Source: Raillietiella orientalis
Lineage: Eukaryota
NCBI GenBank assembly: GCA_036172245.1
Contig: JAYWIR010000031.1
Span: forward strand, 310,001 to 374,000
DNA length: 64,000 nucleotides
Direction of reading: 5' to 3'
Part shown: in pieces, positions 26,922 through 41,027 of the stretch
Layout: each line of letters starts with the position of its first letter
Numbering within the stretch: position 1 is the stretch's first letter
Program-made: the position numbers and the translations under genes
The notes under the pieces: model-generated
Seen by the model: the letters and a program-made list of their open reading frames with translations, nothing else
The model's database searches: none
Told to the model about the DNA's origin: nothing

Positions 26922-29338
26922 TGCACTGAGGAATCCAAGGAAAACATGCTCGTACCTGCTGATCCTGCCTTCTTGTAACCAGAAAATAAATCTGATAAGT
27001 ATATAGCAATAGTCTTATCTTTCATGATAAGATAAGCTGCTTTATTTCTGTTTCGACCACATCTGCCAATAGTACGCTCGACTGGACATCGTTGGAAATG
27101 AGTCAATAAATTTCATTACCAGAAATGAGGATTTGTTAAAAAATAACACACGTATGACGGGGTTGAATGATGAAGTAACTCCTTGCAATCCCCAGCTGCA
27201 TGAGGGGACAGAAGGTCGACTCCGTTTTCGCTGATATGTTTATTTGAATTCCCGAGAGATTTCGAAAAGAGGTGATTAAACAAATTGATAAGAGCATCTG
27301 CCACACCGAATCCAGCAGATGATGTGAGATATGATGGAATTCATGTAAAATTTTTAATGGAATATTTGCTGTTAAATAGTGGAACTAGATCACGTCTGAC
27401 GATTCTTTGGGGAATTCCAGGTTACTCCTATTATATGCAGTAATAAGTAGCGATCCTTTTTCTAAATAGATCTGAGGTCGTGGCGTTCTTGAAAAACAGC
27501 TCGTTTTTTCCGATCGGATGCCCAGCTGGACTATTCTTCGCAGCCATCGCGTCGAAATAGGTGCGTCAGCCATGCGGGTGTTCCAAACATCCTCAGCAGG
27601 AATTCAGCATGGACCAAGGACTCCTTTGGATTTTGTCCAAAGGCGTGCTTGGAACTCGCTTTCGTCACCATGCGTTCTCTTCGTACCGATTGCGACGCGT
27701 GGTCTCTTAGAGAGCTTCGTGTTCCGCGGCCTAGTAGGCAGCAGGTATGATTAATACGAACTACTATGGGGCATAACAAGAATAAGTTTGATGTGAGGCA
27801 GAGCTAGGGACCATATGGCTATAGCTTCTGGTGGGTGAGCTCCGAGAACAGTTCCGTGATAGATAAGGTGCTCGACATGCTGTTTTAAGAGATCGTTTCT
27901 GTGACTAACAGGTAAAAATTATTGACTTTGTGATTTCGCGTTTCCAAGCTTATCATTTGTGATGATTTCACTGATCCGTTTTAAGAATTCCCCCAAAGCA
28001 TACTGAATCAGTCGATGCGGCTTGAGTTATCTCGAAGTCTTCGAAATATCGAATAACCGCTCGGAGGAGCGAAGCACCAGAACTTTTAGACTTTTTCCTA
28101 CTGGGCAGTCCGATGGGAGTGATGATTACGCTGATGGGCATCCGTGAGCTGCTCGCATGGACCTATTGCTACGAGCGCCTCCCTCCTGCCTTACCATGTT
28201 GTTTCTCGAATAGCCCTGAGCATTTTGTGCTCTCGATGTTCGGAATGTGGAGTGGAAGACGCTCTCATCGCTCATTAAATTATCTATCATAGTTAACAGT
28301 ACCGCGGTCTTTGGACGTGCTTTGCATCACCATCGAGCCCGCTGGAAAGGATGCATCTCCACCATCATGAAACCCGCCGTATCCCGGAAGCGCACCTCAG
28401 GGTGTGCAATGGAGGGTGCACTGTTTCACTGACGGCCATTAAGCTCGGGAATGAATTTAAATGCATTTGTGGATGAATTCTTTTATTGCACACTAACATC
28501 ACGATCAAAATGTATCAAAAGAAATAGAGTGACTTCTCACTATTTATGGGACACACATTAGAGTTTTGGGCTGGATGGGTAGAATTGCATGCAAAAAATA
28601 GAGCAGCTTGAAAATGGTTCACCACAAGACAGCTGACACTTTATACGTTGAATGTACACATTTTATTGCACCGATGAAAAATTTATAAACACATTCTAAG
28701 ATTGAAAAATGTAACGAAGTGTATCAACAGATAATGAAACTATATAACATCATAAGATTTTTATTAATAATTATTTAATACTTATGCTATGATATGTGAA
28801 GAGATATGTTTCAGTTATTATTATAACGCACGATATATGTTTAGAAAAATGGAAAATGTCTTCTTTTATAAAAATAAAGAACACTTTTCTAGACAGTGGT
28901 CAGATAACGAAAACGCAAAGAGGTAGTCGGGTGGTATTTACAGAAATGAAATATTAAGTTAAACAGTTCTTCCAAACCAAGGGAAACCCAGAGGTGATTT
29001 TAACATGCCTTAAGAACTTTCAAGTATCACAGAAAAGATACTCATCATGCATATACGTGAAGGGGGCAACGGCATCATACAGAGAATGGTACATAGAAGG
29101 AGGAATCTTGAAAACTGACGTCTTGCTGAAATAAGTTAAAAGAAGCAGCGTTCGCGCGAAAAGATATGCGAGGATTAAGATTACGAAATAATTTACAAAA
29201 TAGATCTATCACTTTCAATGGGAAATGCTCAACAGGAGTAACTAATAACGTGTGTACAAACAAACATTCTAACATTTAACAATAACTTAAGAATTTCATC
29301 TGCTGTTGGAATAGTGTAGGAATGCATCGTTTGGAAAA

Positions 29339-30418
29339 CTACTCGGTGGCCCAAGAAAAATTTTGCTTAGCTATTTCATAGAATTCTTCATTGTATGCGA
29401 CGTAGAATTTTCGCAGCTCCCTGAAAACGTTCGTATCCACGAGTGGGTGCTTCCTCCCCTTTTTCTTTGACAAACATCTCTCACCAGCTTTGTTCTTCAA
29501 GCAGTAGAAACCTTTTGTCTCGTTGAAAGAGAAATTTTCTCTGGCGATCTGATGATCGAGTCCCAGGAATTTTTCGACTTTGTGAACTTCTTCATAAGGG
29601 TCGGATATAAGTTTGTCTCCGTTGACTATGTGAAGCTGCGACAGAGGGAAGAAATTCAACCACAGCGCTAAGTACCGGACGTAAATCGAAATCTGTACAG
29701 CTTTGTATTCCGTGTTTACGGAACCGGCTCCGTTCAGGACCATGCGTTCGAATTTCTCAAAGTTGAGGCCTTTCTGCAGCTTCGCTTCGGCCACTTGCGC
29801 ATAATCCGACACAAGTCTTTCCACGGGGTCGCGAACGATGAGTATGAGCAGAATGGACCTGTTGAAAGCATGGATCCTTTGCGGCGCCTCCGGAGTCACG
29901 AAATAGCTCGGAGTTTTCTCGATGGTCATCTGATTGTCGGAAGAATAAGGCATCCTTTTCCTGTACCATTCGAAACCCTGTCTGTAGTTGTCTTCTTTGT
30001 CGAAATAGTGCACTTCCGAATCAACCTTGCGAATCTGTGGATGCAAACTCAGCATCTCGAGAAGGGCACGCGTTCCACATTTTCGAGCACCAATGATGAT
30101 GCACTTTGGTAAATGGCGAGCCATTCTGGGCAAACTGGTTCCTTCTGGTCTAGCTGCTTCCCTACCATTGGTTTGTGATGCGACGGTGGCACTGTCACGT
30201 GCATATGTGTTACGAAAATGAATAGGCACAAATACTACAAATGCTGTTACGAAGACATATAGAAGAATGAGAGCTTTCCTGCCGTTGCTATGATCATGTC
30301 TACTTGCTATAAACATTCTGATACATGATGGAAACCTGAAACACATGATATCCAAAATTTTAATAACATACTGATTACCGGATGAGATCACATTCCTGCA
30401 AAAGATACATGCAGGCAT
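29339..30418 (-). CDS. HS3ST1: Heparan sulfate glucosamine 3-O-sulfotransferase (HS3ST1/5-like), single coding exon
   Basis: Type II TM segment (ALILLYVFVTAFVVFVPI), 5'-PSB loop IIIGARKCGTRALLEML, EKTPSYF, 3'-PB LIVRDPVERLVSDY and C-terminal KGFYCL..CLSKKKGRKHP. The true start may be a downstream Met. Confidence 0.92.
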   Translation of the reverse strand: MPACIFCRNVISSGNQYVIKILDIMCFRFPSCIRMFIASRHDHSNGRKALILLYVFVTAFVVFVPIHFRNTYARDSATVASQTNGREAARPEGTSLPRMARHLPKCIIIGARKCGTRALLEMLSLHPQIRKVDSEVHYFDKEDNYRQGFEWYRKRMPYSSDNQMTIEKTPSYFVTPEAPQRIHAFNRSILLILIVRDPVERLVSDYAQVAEAKLQKGLNFEKFERMVLNGAGSVNTEYKAVQISIYVRYLALWLNFFPLSQLHIVNGDKLISDPYEEVHKVEKFLGLDHQIARENFSFNETKGFYCLKNKAGERCLSKKKGRKHPLVDTNVFRELRKFYVAYNEEFYEIAKQNFSWATE

Positions 30419-33400
30419 TTATGCATTCATTTTTATGACACTATTACTGTTTTACAGCATGAATGCTGAATGTCACTGTCGAGAGTGCACATGGACGACG
30501 TGATTGAAAAATTGATTTCTTGAAAAATCGCGAATGTTCGAGAATGAGACATTTAGTACCTCTGGAAAGGTGGTGCCAGAAGATGAGGTGTGAGATGGAT
30601 TGTCGATGCACATATGTACATGCCCGCCCACACACGCAAACACACACAAATACACACATAGAAAGGGAGTGAGAGGGGGAGAGAAGACTTATCAATAGGG
30701 CACGCAGTCGAGATGCTCCTGATGCAACTGCTAATTCAAAAAGCAACATAGACAAGGTCACCTTCCGAAGTTGGAAAGGTGTTTGAAGCAAAGACGCCGT
30801 ATCTCTCTGAACTGTGTTTTCTCACTTTTGCCTGCAAGATGACCTTCCATCATCAACCCTTTGGGTGCGGAGCTCATCAGATTCGAAGGTGTCTGTGTTG
30901 ACGGCGGCACGCGAGTCGCGGCTGCGGCCACTGTGGACGGAATGCTTTTTCGCGTACCGCGTGCTCTATCGAGGAACCGGTTGACTCCATAATTTAATGA
31001 TGCCACTGGTCGAATGCACCCCAGGCAACCTTGCGCGAGGATCCCGAAACGGCATCTGTGGCCGGAGCAAAGCTGGAATTCACAGTCTGCCCTATCCCCC
31101 ACGCCGCACCTACATGTGAGCCCCGTCGTGAATCTCCACAACCTGACGGAATCTGTGGGGATGGCAGCGAGAGCCCATTTAACCAAGCACGGATGTGCGA
31201 TTGGGGAGAGTGGGACGAGGGTGCCCTATGATCCACTGCTAATGAAACCGAACTCTTTTATTTACTCTTTCTCCATCACATTGCCAGCATAGCATTTATT
31301 GCTGCTGCATGATGCACGTCTCTCGTCCATCTCGTTGTCTGTTGCTCGGAAACCCGTGACGATCTCTCACCTGACCTTTTCCTTCCACCTCAAAAAATAC
31401 ACTTCCCAAAATCCTCTTTTCCTTCCTCTTCAAAAAATATTCGATCAGCAGCAGCACCTCCTACCGAAAGCGAACGAAGGCATTCCATCCGCTCCAGGTT
31501 CTCTTAACACCACAATGGAGGCATTCATTCTTTTCCTCGGTTTCATGAAGAGGCTTTCCTATTAGTTTCTTCGCTAGGCACAGCCGCCCCCAGGATCTGC
31601 ATCCGACAATCATGGTCACCCAACCCTGAGCCTTCCCTTTGATCGTAAGCTCGACCCTACCTTCCCGCCACACGAATAACGAGGGCCCTCTCTTGTACAA
31701 CTTGTGGAAAAATGGGCACATGCTTGAATCCCAGCAAGGAGTTTAGGACTGCATTCAACAGCAACAACACACAGCAAAGTGCTCATTCACAAGAAAGAAC
31801 AGAACCGGCAGAAGAAAGCTTCTTATGTTTGCAATTACCACGTAAACGAGTCACCTGGGCGCAGATGAAAGGACCAAGGAGCCAAGTGAGCGCCGTGAAG
31901 CAGGAGTGCTCAGGGCAGAAGGACGGTGCTTGCGCGAAACTGGGAATCCAGGTGGGGAGTCGGGAAAAAGGAAGGCAGCACCGCGGTAAAGTACTTACGC
32001 AAACGAAAATGAGAAGCGAGCAATCCACCGGGCTCTGCGTTGGATACCAGCAAAATCTTTCATGCACAGAGTTGCCAGTCTTCTTTGCCAGGCATCGCGA
32101 GTGGTAAGTAATACATCCAACAATGGGATTTCAACAAGTAGTAAAAAACGCTCCTCCGTGTTTTTTTTTTTTTTTTTCTTCCCTTCCAGATGTGCAAAGA
32201 TCTTCGAGGCTGCTTTTCCTCAGTGCAAGTTGTACTATTCTGCTAAGTATGCACTCTTCCTCATGCGTGCTAGGAGATCTTGAGGAACGGGGACGAAAGG
32301 TATCCTATTTGATCACCGTTCCCTTCTAACAGCATTAAGTGTTCAGCTGCAGATGCGGATTGTTTGCTCGCTGACGTTTATTTATTCCCATTAAAATTTC
32401 AAGAGGTGATTTCCATGGAAAACAATCCTCTCCGAACTCGAACCAGCACTTAATTAAGGACTAACGTACTTTAATCCACTCCCGGGGCGGAGGAGGGAAC
32501 CAGCTCGCTGAGATGCGTAGGGCCGTTCAAATTGAATTTGAAGAAGAAAAAAAAAAAAACGAGTCCCGATTCACTCAACCCGCGGCCTGTCGAACGAATT
32601 CCTTCCCACTCCTACCGAAGACCTTGACGAATGATCGCAGATGAAAAAGCTGTCGTCACCTCTCGCATATTCCAACCTTCGAAACACCTGGAAATCGAAT
32701 ACCCTTATCCATCCCCCTTCACTCCGAGATCGAGCACCTCGCTTTCAGGTACCACGGGGACAACCCAAATTGTTAACCCTGGCTATGGATGTTGCAGAGC
32801 TGTAATCTAAGAGAAGAGGTTCCCGGAAAGAAAGAGCTCGAGCGTTTCTCTGGTGCTCATTTCCAAAATCAGCGAATCGCAGTCTTCTAAATTAGGTGCA
32901 TTGAGTAGTTTATGGTAATGAGCGCTTGGAAGAACGTCATTTGTCAACGACATGCATTGCTGACAAGAAAGAAAAAAAAAGGAGGGGAGAGGGGAGAGGA
33001 GGAGGATTACATGAAAGCAAAGTAGCTGACATGAATCGCTAGACACGAGGCCATGAGAAACGGGACTCAACGTCTTTTCTCGGTCTCCAAAGCGACGGAT
33101 GCAGTTTGCACAGAAATGAAGAGTGAGGCGCGGGAGCACTTTTCGGCGCGTCTCTTTGGGGACGAGCACGCAGGTGAATGCATGGCGGTGCAGTTGATAA
33201 GCACGGAAAGGCTGCATGTATTGGGAGACGTGCAGACCTCGGTCGGAGGGGATTCGCGGTTGGCCACCTCTCATCGGCAAGTTGACCAGCTCAAGGGAGG
33301 TCGGCGGAGGCGCGAAGGTGCAGTCAGACGCTTACCTCCGTGACAGCACGGCCACCGCTTTCTTGAATTTAGTGCTCCCCAGGGCATTGTGATAGATCAG

Positions 33401-36400
33401 AAGAGAGAGTGGTCACTTGCGGGAGACACAGAGGTTTCACTCCACGAGTTTCGCCAGGCGAGAAGACGACGGCCAGCGAAATCAGGGAAGGGGGAAGGGT
33501 GGGGGAAAAGGAAATCAATTCGCCTCCTCTCCCTCCCCCTCCCCTTTTCCCGACGGATTTCACTCATCCCGAACACAACCCCGGTTTCCTGAGACCAGGA
33601 TGCCTGCTTTCTGTTTTCCACGCTAAGAGTCCAGAAGTAAAGTCCTGAAAGCTCCACCGTGAGAAAGTACAGGATGCTTGCAGAGGCCTGTGGTCGACGA
33701 CCGTTTCTCACGTAGGCACCCCATTGCAGATGGATGTATTCGTTTTTTTTTTTTCTTTTCTTCTCCACATGGCATACATGTATGAGATGGGTTCCTCAAG
33801 AAGCAAAAGCACTGCTTTATGTATATGTACATATATATATTTCTTTCCTCTGCTTCCTACAACATGTGTGATCTTGAAAGGTTACGACCGTGGCCGTCCG
33901 TCACCCTAGCATCGGCTACTGGTTCTCGAATACTGCGATTGAACTTCTCATCGATGTCGCAGGCAAAGGCAAGTAAATCCCCGAATCAAGGAGCTGGATG
34001 CTTTCCGGGAAGAAGCAGGAAAAAAAAAAAAAAAAAACCTAACCTAATGCAACCGATTGTAAAGCGATCTTTCCTTTTTCCCTTTTGGATCCCTTTAGTT
34101 TGCGAGGTTTACTTCGTGCTTGCGAACTGCATCGAACACGTGCACCGTAGCCTACGCCAGGCGACAACCTCACGAAGCAAACCCAACAATGGGACAAACC
34201 GTCCGTTTCCCTGAAGACCGCAAAGAAACCGATCATCACAGCAAACAACACGGCACGTTGCCTGGGTGACCCTCAGATACCGCATTGTTGACACAGAACA
34301 GCGCATAGCAAAATCAAGGGGTAACCTGTAGGCCCTGCCGTTTCGAGCTCCGCAGCATCCGCACGAAGGACTGTGCCATCTCTTATTATTTGTTGCTTTG
34401 ACTGGTGGCTGGGGACACCCAAGGCGCTCAGTTCGTTCGTGGGGAAGTCAGCATCACGCTGTGTCACATCGCTTTAACCTGCTACGGGCATTCGAAGAAC
34501 CCGTGCAGGAGTTTTTTTTTTTTTTGGAAAAAAAAGAAAAAGAAAATGCTTCTTACGAGCTCGTGAAACAAATCCGTCTACGGCCATCGATTGCTTGATT
34601 AAAAATAATCATCTTGAAGCAAGAAGCGTTGGCTCTCTCGAATGAATCGATCGTGAGTAATGCTCCTGGAAGCAGTCGCAAAAGCTTGTTTTCTCCTTGG
34701 TCATTTCACTGCAATAAGCCACACAGTGTTCTTCCTTCACAAACCTCCCCCCCCCCCCCCCAAAGTTTCCGTACTCATTACAACGAGACGGAATTCGTAG
34801 GGCGGCTGTAATTCGTTTCAAAGTTTTCCGGACTATGAACTTTAACTCACGGCCCAGTGCCTCGATCTGTCGATTCGGTGAAGAACTGATCTCAGCTTTA
34901 TAGTGACTGAAAGTTGCTTTGTTTTTTATTCGGAGGAGGGGGGGGGGGTATCTTTTTTTTTTTTTTTTCCCTCCCTCGAGCTCGAATTCTGCCAGGTTTC
35001 TGAGATGGGGGAGGAGTTTCAATCTTCGCAGCGAGCATGTAACCGAAACTTTTGATAACAGCTGATAGCAACAGTGAACAAACATGGAATTGTAAGTACG
35101 TGCTTTCTTGCCATTTCCATCCATCATTAGGATCGATTCTATTAGAAGTTGCGACATGACAACTTGCAATTCTCAATGATTTATGGCCTTTTTTCATTAA
35201 TTATTTGGGACTCAAAACACGGAACAGGACTTTCCACCGGTGCGAAACAAAAGAATGCCTGCGATAAGTTGCAAACGGATTGCACGTCGCAGCCGAATGG
35301 ACCTTTCTTAGGGAAAGAGAAGACTGCCGAAGAATGGGAACCGAGGCGATCCCTCGTTCGTCTGCAGGAACCTCAGCGGGGGAGGACGTTCGGGAAGAAT
35401 CCTGGAAACGATGCTTCGATTTTTTGTGAACGCCGTTTGTCCGAAATATTAAAGTTGGGAGTGTGACATCCATCAGAAAGATTCGTGCAACATTTAATTC
35501 TGCGCATCCCAGAGATGGAGCCTAATTTCGAATTTATGACGCGAGCTGCGAAATCTGATAGGAAAATTTTTTTTTTTTTTCTCCCTTCTTTTCTGACTCC
35601 TTATTGAAGGATCGAAATTCTGGATACTGTTCCAGACGTATGATTTTCTAATCTCCAATGAAAGTAGGAGGGAAGGGAGAATTATGGGGGAAAAAAATGG
35701 TGGAAGGAAGATGATGAATTACTATAAACCTCCACAGAAAGCATCGTTTTTTTGCCGTAAATATCCTGAAGAAATGCGTTCTGTTGATGCGCAGGCACCA
35801 ATAAAACTGCTCCCCACCATTTTCATTCTGTTTCACCTGTTAATTTTTCAATCTTTTTTTTTTTTTTTTTATTTGGAGGGAGGAGGGCGCCGCACCTCAC
35901 GGGAAAGCAGGCGTCGGCGTCAGGAGCACACACAGACCTTCCCAAGAAATCGTTTCTGGAGTCGAGGAGGAGCACACATAGACCCCCCCCCCCCCCCTTC
36001 CCTCGCCTTTTGATTTGCATGCGTCAACGCAGGTGCACAAACACACTCAACAACCGCCTACGAATTCAGGACCGGGAGCTTACTACTGCAAGACGAATAA
36101 CTCGTGTTCTTTCCTCCTTCCCCCCGCCCCCACACACGGTGACATCCCTCGGAAGGACCACTCTACTACGTGTCTCCTCGGTGGCGACCGCGGATCTCGC
36201 CGTGAGGACGCTCCGCATGTCGTCGAATCGTAGCAACGAGAAGCAAAACTCCCTCGGATTCAGGCCCCGGAAAGTATTTAAATTCGTAAAATGGCATTGA
36301 AAGAAAGAAGGAAGGAGAGAGGGAGAGAAAGAAAAAAAAAAAAAAATCAACGTGTCCCTCTTAAATCACCGCCTCCTTCCGGGACAATGAGTGATTCGAG

Positions 36401-37142
36401 CGATTTCCAGCATCCTTTGGAAAATCGCTCAGATAATTCAAAGGGGGAAAAAAAAAAAAAAAAAAAAAAAGCTTCCGACGGAGTGAAAAGCAAAGTGCGG
36501 TGGGCAAGGCGGAGGGCAAAGAGGACTCCCGGAGTTGCGAAAGTGGGATGAGGAACGAGCCACGAGGATAATTCCTGATGTTTCCGTGTTCGCAATCTGT
36601 GATTTCAAGTGCGCGTCTACGTAAGATGGGAATCGATCATAATCCAAGTCGGGGAGAGTTCCCCTCCCCCCCCCTTTTCCTCTTTTTTTTTTTTTTAGGG
36701 GGGGGGGGGGGTTAATAACTGAACATGCGGCAAGTCGAGCTTCCAGCAGAACGCAATATCGAATCTCAAAACTCATCACTCTGGTAATTGAAGGCGAGCA
36801 AACCTAATGAGTGCGACCCTTTCGTTCCCCCGAATCCCACGGCTACCTGTGAAAGGAAGGAAGGAAGTCAGCGAGCACACACACACACACAGAATGGACA
36901 CTTCTTGTCCACCTGCACGGATGGCGGGAGATGGGGACCGCATCTGTCGACGACGATCCCGTCTTGTAAAATTCGAGCTGACGTATCCCATTCCACCGGG
37001 AGGAGGAGGGGAAGGGAAGTGCAGTCACTCGAAAATCTTTGCGATGATTGATTTTCCATAGCGAAAGCACACTTTCCGAAAACTCCCTTTTGTCCACTCA
37101 TCATTTCGACTCGAAGCACTTTCCGTGGCGAGCATCATGGAA

Positions 37143-37170
<28 letters not shown>
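37143..37170. repeat. (AC)n microsatellite
   Basis: About 14 AC units. Confidence 0.9.
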
Positions 37171-37174
<4 letters not shown>

Positions 37175-37512
37175 GAAGCTGTTGATTTCGGGACGATGCA
37201 GGAAGAACAAAAACAAATGAAATGGGAACTCGGAAGAAACACCTGCGGACATGAAGATGGTGTTCCCTTGGACTTCTCTGAACGCGTACCCGCAGATGGA
37301 GGGAGCGAAAGCGCACGGCTTTAATTGCTGCCATCTTAGTTTCCAGCTACAGAGCAACCGCTTCACTTCACTTCCCTGAATTCTTTAGCATCGATTCTTC
37401 GGCAGCACACGAGTGAAAACAATTACCGAACCTTTGAGCTTTCTCTCTAAAACGGGTAGAAAAAAAAATAAAAATAAAACCGCGTTCTTCTACTTTCTCT
37501 TTGCTGGAATGG

Positions 37513-38887
37513 CCGAGAACCGGAGGCTCCCAGGAATTGATTTCCGAAAACTGACGTTCCTGTCGAAATCCTTGGGATCCTGGGGACGCGTCAAAACGCG
37601 AGGAACCTAACCCCGGATGGGATCGACGGCGGAAGAGTACGCCCTCAGAATCGGGACTGCTACCGTGTTTAAAGGATTCTCTTCCCCCCCCCCCCCTTCC
37701 TCCCCCCAAACGAAATTCCAGGATACGGGCGTCTCAGCAGGGCGAGCAGCAGTAGGGGGGAGACGGGGAAGCTAATATAACGGTCTGCGAGATTAGTCGT
37801 CCTCGTTCCGACTCGCGCTTGCTTTTCAAGCCAAATTCCAACGAAGAGCGAAAATCAAACTCCCCGTCTTCCCGTTCCCCTTCCCCACCAAGGGAAAGGG
37901 AGGGGAAAAACAACGGCAGCGGCACGGCTGCCCGTTCGTTTCGATGGAAATCGTAATGCGTGCTGCATGTGCACCAAGAACGCGGGAGCAATCAATTGCG
38001 ACAGATCATCCTGCGTGGAGGCTGCGGTCCGGGAAGACGGACCGAAATGAAAACACAATCGACACACAACAAAGGAATACCTGCAGTCAGGAGATTCACT
38101 TCGTCCTCAAGCTATACATATCACAGAAGAGATGAACGCCTAATGCTTCGAGCGGACAGCTCTTCCAGCAGGCCGCGTACTCACGGGCGGCGTGCGCATG
38201 TCCGGACAAAAGGTAGCAACTATTGATAAGACATGAATTCTCCTAATAAGAAGTTCCAGAATGTGGTTTTGCTGGCGTTCGTGTTGTTCGTTTACGCGCT
38301 CGTGCAAACGCGTTCCCATAGCAGCATGGGATTCGAGGAAAAGGCGGAAGAAATTCACCGAGTACGTGCAACTCCGCGAGTTTTTTTTTTTTTTTTCTTT
38401 TGAGTTTTCTTCCTCTGGTACGAGCAGGCTGGTTATCCGAGGCAGCGTGTTCTCGCGACAAAGGAGACGGATGCGGATAAGATGGGGATGCCCTTCGGTA
38501 CTTGGAGCAGCTTCTTCCGAATCGGGAAGGCGAGATTGCCGCGCGAGCGCGTCCCCTCGCGGGAGTCCCGTTTCCTGCTTTGGGCGTGGACGGGCCTGAG
38601 GCGGAAGAAGGGAAAAGGTGCCCGGCAGCGGCATCTCAAGATTGGACCCAAGCTCTCTAGCACGGCCTTGCTAGGCTCAGGTTGTTTTTGCGTGGCTGCT
38701 GTGTTTCTGGAGCGTGCTGCCTCCGGAAATGCTCACCTGGCAGCACCGGAGCGTTTGTTATAAAAATAATAAACAAACAGGTGTAGGGCCGTCGACCCCC
38801 ACAACGTTTGAAAATGTTCGGGACTACCGAGAACCGAAGGCTCCCAGGAATTGATTTCCGAAAACTGAGGTTCCTGTCGAAATCCTT
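37513..38887 (+). repeat. 61-bp direct repeat pair (37513-37573 and 38827-38887)
   Basis: CCGAGAACCG(G/A)AGGCTCCCAGGAATTGATTTCCGAAAACTGA(C/G)GTTCCTGTCGAAATCCTT, two mismatches. Confidence 0.9.
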
Positions 38888-39484
38888 CAAGTCGCCAAGC
38901 AAGGTTCGCCTCTCGGCGACGGAGGGGGGAGGGAGCAAACAAAAATAAAAAAAAATATATATATATATAGCTCATCGCTCATGAAGAGGCGCCTCAACAC
39001 ATGCTTGAGGTTGTCCGTCGGTGCACCAAGGGCCGTTGCATAACTCAACCACAGGGGCCAGAAGCAATACAGTCTACGAGCAGGTGCGGGAGCTGGGATT
39101 CCCATTCCCCGCACTTGTCACAGTCGGGGTCCACAGCCCCCCAGGTCCAGTGAGATAGGCGGGCGTTGATGAGGAGGCTTCAGTGCAGCAGCAGAAATGC
39201 CGACTCCTGTCACTTCAGGGGAGGGTCCGGCTGTCCTTCAGCGCTGGGGACCACTCGAGGACTTCATGTGGGATGCCCAGAAGCTCATTCCAGCGCAACA
39301 GTCTCTTCAGTGGGTCACTTGGGGTGAAACGCTCACCGTGGGTCCACCGAACTTTGTCAACGGATTGCACACCCACACCTGGCAACTTGGGGCCGCTATC
39401 TGGGCAAATGACTGTGAAGACACGCTGTGGGATAATTGGAAGATAAACATAACGGTGACAACTGACATCTTTTGCATACTGTGG

Positions 39485-39843
39485 CGTCGAAAGGGTTGAC
39501 GATTTGGGTTGGGCAGCTCCGCAAAAATAGGAGTGAATCCCAAATCTTTATGAGTGGACGATGATGACCTGCCTGGTCCTCAGCGCTCCGTGGAAGGAGG
39601 GATCTCGTTTTGCGACCGGAGTCCCTGAGGAAGTACAGAAAGACGAGATCCAGGAGAAATTCAGTGAATACGGGCAGATGACAAATTCACGTTCTGGCCG
39701 TGGACCGTCGAAATGGATTCCTCAAGGCTTACGCTCTCTTGTCGAGTTTGAGACGTACAAAGAAGCCTCGAATGCCATGTTAAGATGAGCAAGAGCTGAA
39801 GTTCCGAGGCAACCGATCGATGTGGACTGGGCGACTGTCGAAG
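39485..39843 (+). pseudogene. RBM8A: Processed pseudogene of the exon junction complex protein Y14/RBM8A
   Basis: Frame-hopping translation: RRKG*RFG, DDDDLPGPQRSVEG, TGVPEEVQKDEIQEKFSEYG, VDRRNGFLKAYAL, VEFETYKEA, QPIDVDW. Several frameshifts, two stops, no introns. Confidence 0.88.
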
Positions 39844-41027
39844 CAACAGAGCACACTCATAGGATGGCGCCATAGATGGAAGCCGGCAGACCTCTCATTT
39901 CGATGCTCTGCAGCCACGGTTCCAGCTTTCCGGTTTGTCCCTCCCCCGTGTGGTGCGACAGCCTAGCCTGTCTAGAGAGCTCGATCCTCGTGTGGTGCAT
40001 CGGAGGCGCCCAGTAAACTTCTGCCCCCAAGTTCCGACAGAACCAGGGAACTGAGCTGTGACGTTTCGTACAAACACAAGTTTCCTGAAAGACGTACATG
40101 TAAAAATAACCAAAGAACGAGAGAATGAAAAAAAAGGAGAGAGAGAGAGCGAGAGAGAGAAGAAAATTCAAGGCAGATTGGTGAAGGATCCCTTTTGGAT
40201 TGAGAGAAACAGGGAAATCAAAGATTTTCAAGGTACCAGTATCTTTCTATCTGGATTGCGAATGAAACCTGAATAGGAGCCTCAAGAGCAAAATTTCGAC
40301 TTTCTCAAGAGCGCGATATCAAAGAGCGTGGCGTTTCCCACCTGAACGGCACATTCGCAGAAAGCGGTCGTTGACGGTGGTGACATTGGTAACTAGAAGA
40401 CGCACGCCGCGTCCAACCGAGCTCCAGGAACGTCGCCGTCCATGTCGGCCATGGAGAACCCGCGAGCCCTGGGTTCGCATGAGTCCTCCTGCCGATATGA
40501 CTCGAGGTTCTTTTGAATCGCTTTCTCCGGGTTTCATTTTTCGAAATGTCCTTTCCGAAACTCGATCCGAGGAACCGGGCTTCATCCATGCTCAGGGACC
40601 GTGCTTTACCGGGTTAATTATTAAGGTTTCTCTCTGGAGTCGGATTTTTTTTTTGCTTCTCCTTTCCGGCTGTTTGCTTTTGCGTCTTATGAGCGTAAAT
40701 GTCATCTGACATTTTCCATCTCATCTGTTAGTGTCCCTTTGTCCCGTCCCCAGCGCTGCCATCTCGAGTAAGTCGGCTCAACTAATCGTGGAGTTTGGAC
40801 CGAGCGGTGCTAGAGGGCAGTCGCGTAACCCAAAGAGACGGATCTCTGAAATGGAGGAATGAGTCACTCGCTCTGTAAGGTCGTTCATGGAGTCGCGGCA
40901 AGCGGCGGCTTTCTCATGTGAGGGCCGGAGGATCCCTTCTGTGGGGCAGGTGGACTCCTCGTCAGAGTAGCGCTGTCTCCTGGCGTGCCACAAATTGCGG
41001 CGAGTGGCCCACAGGAAGCCACGGATG

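Noticed and set aside
26918..26947. Short uORF whose TGA overlaps the ABCA ATG
   Set aside because: It may lie in a 5' UTR intron (acceptor-like TTCCTCAG just before the ATG); the transcript structure is unknown.
32150..38970. Dense A/T and G/C homopolymer runs and lysine- or phenylalanine-rich ORFs
   Set aside because: Low-complexity non-coding DNA; the ORFs are by-products of the runs.
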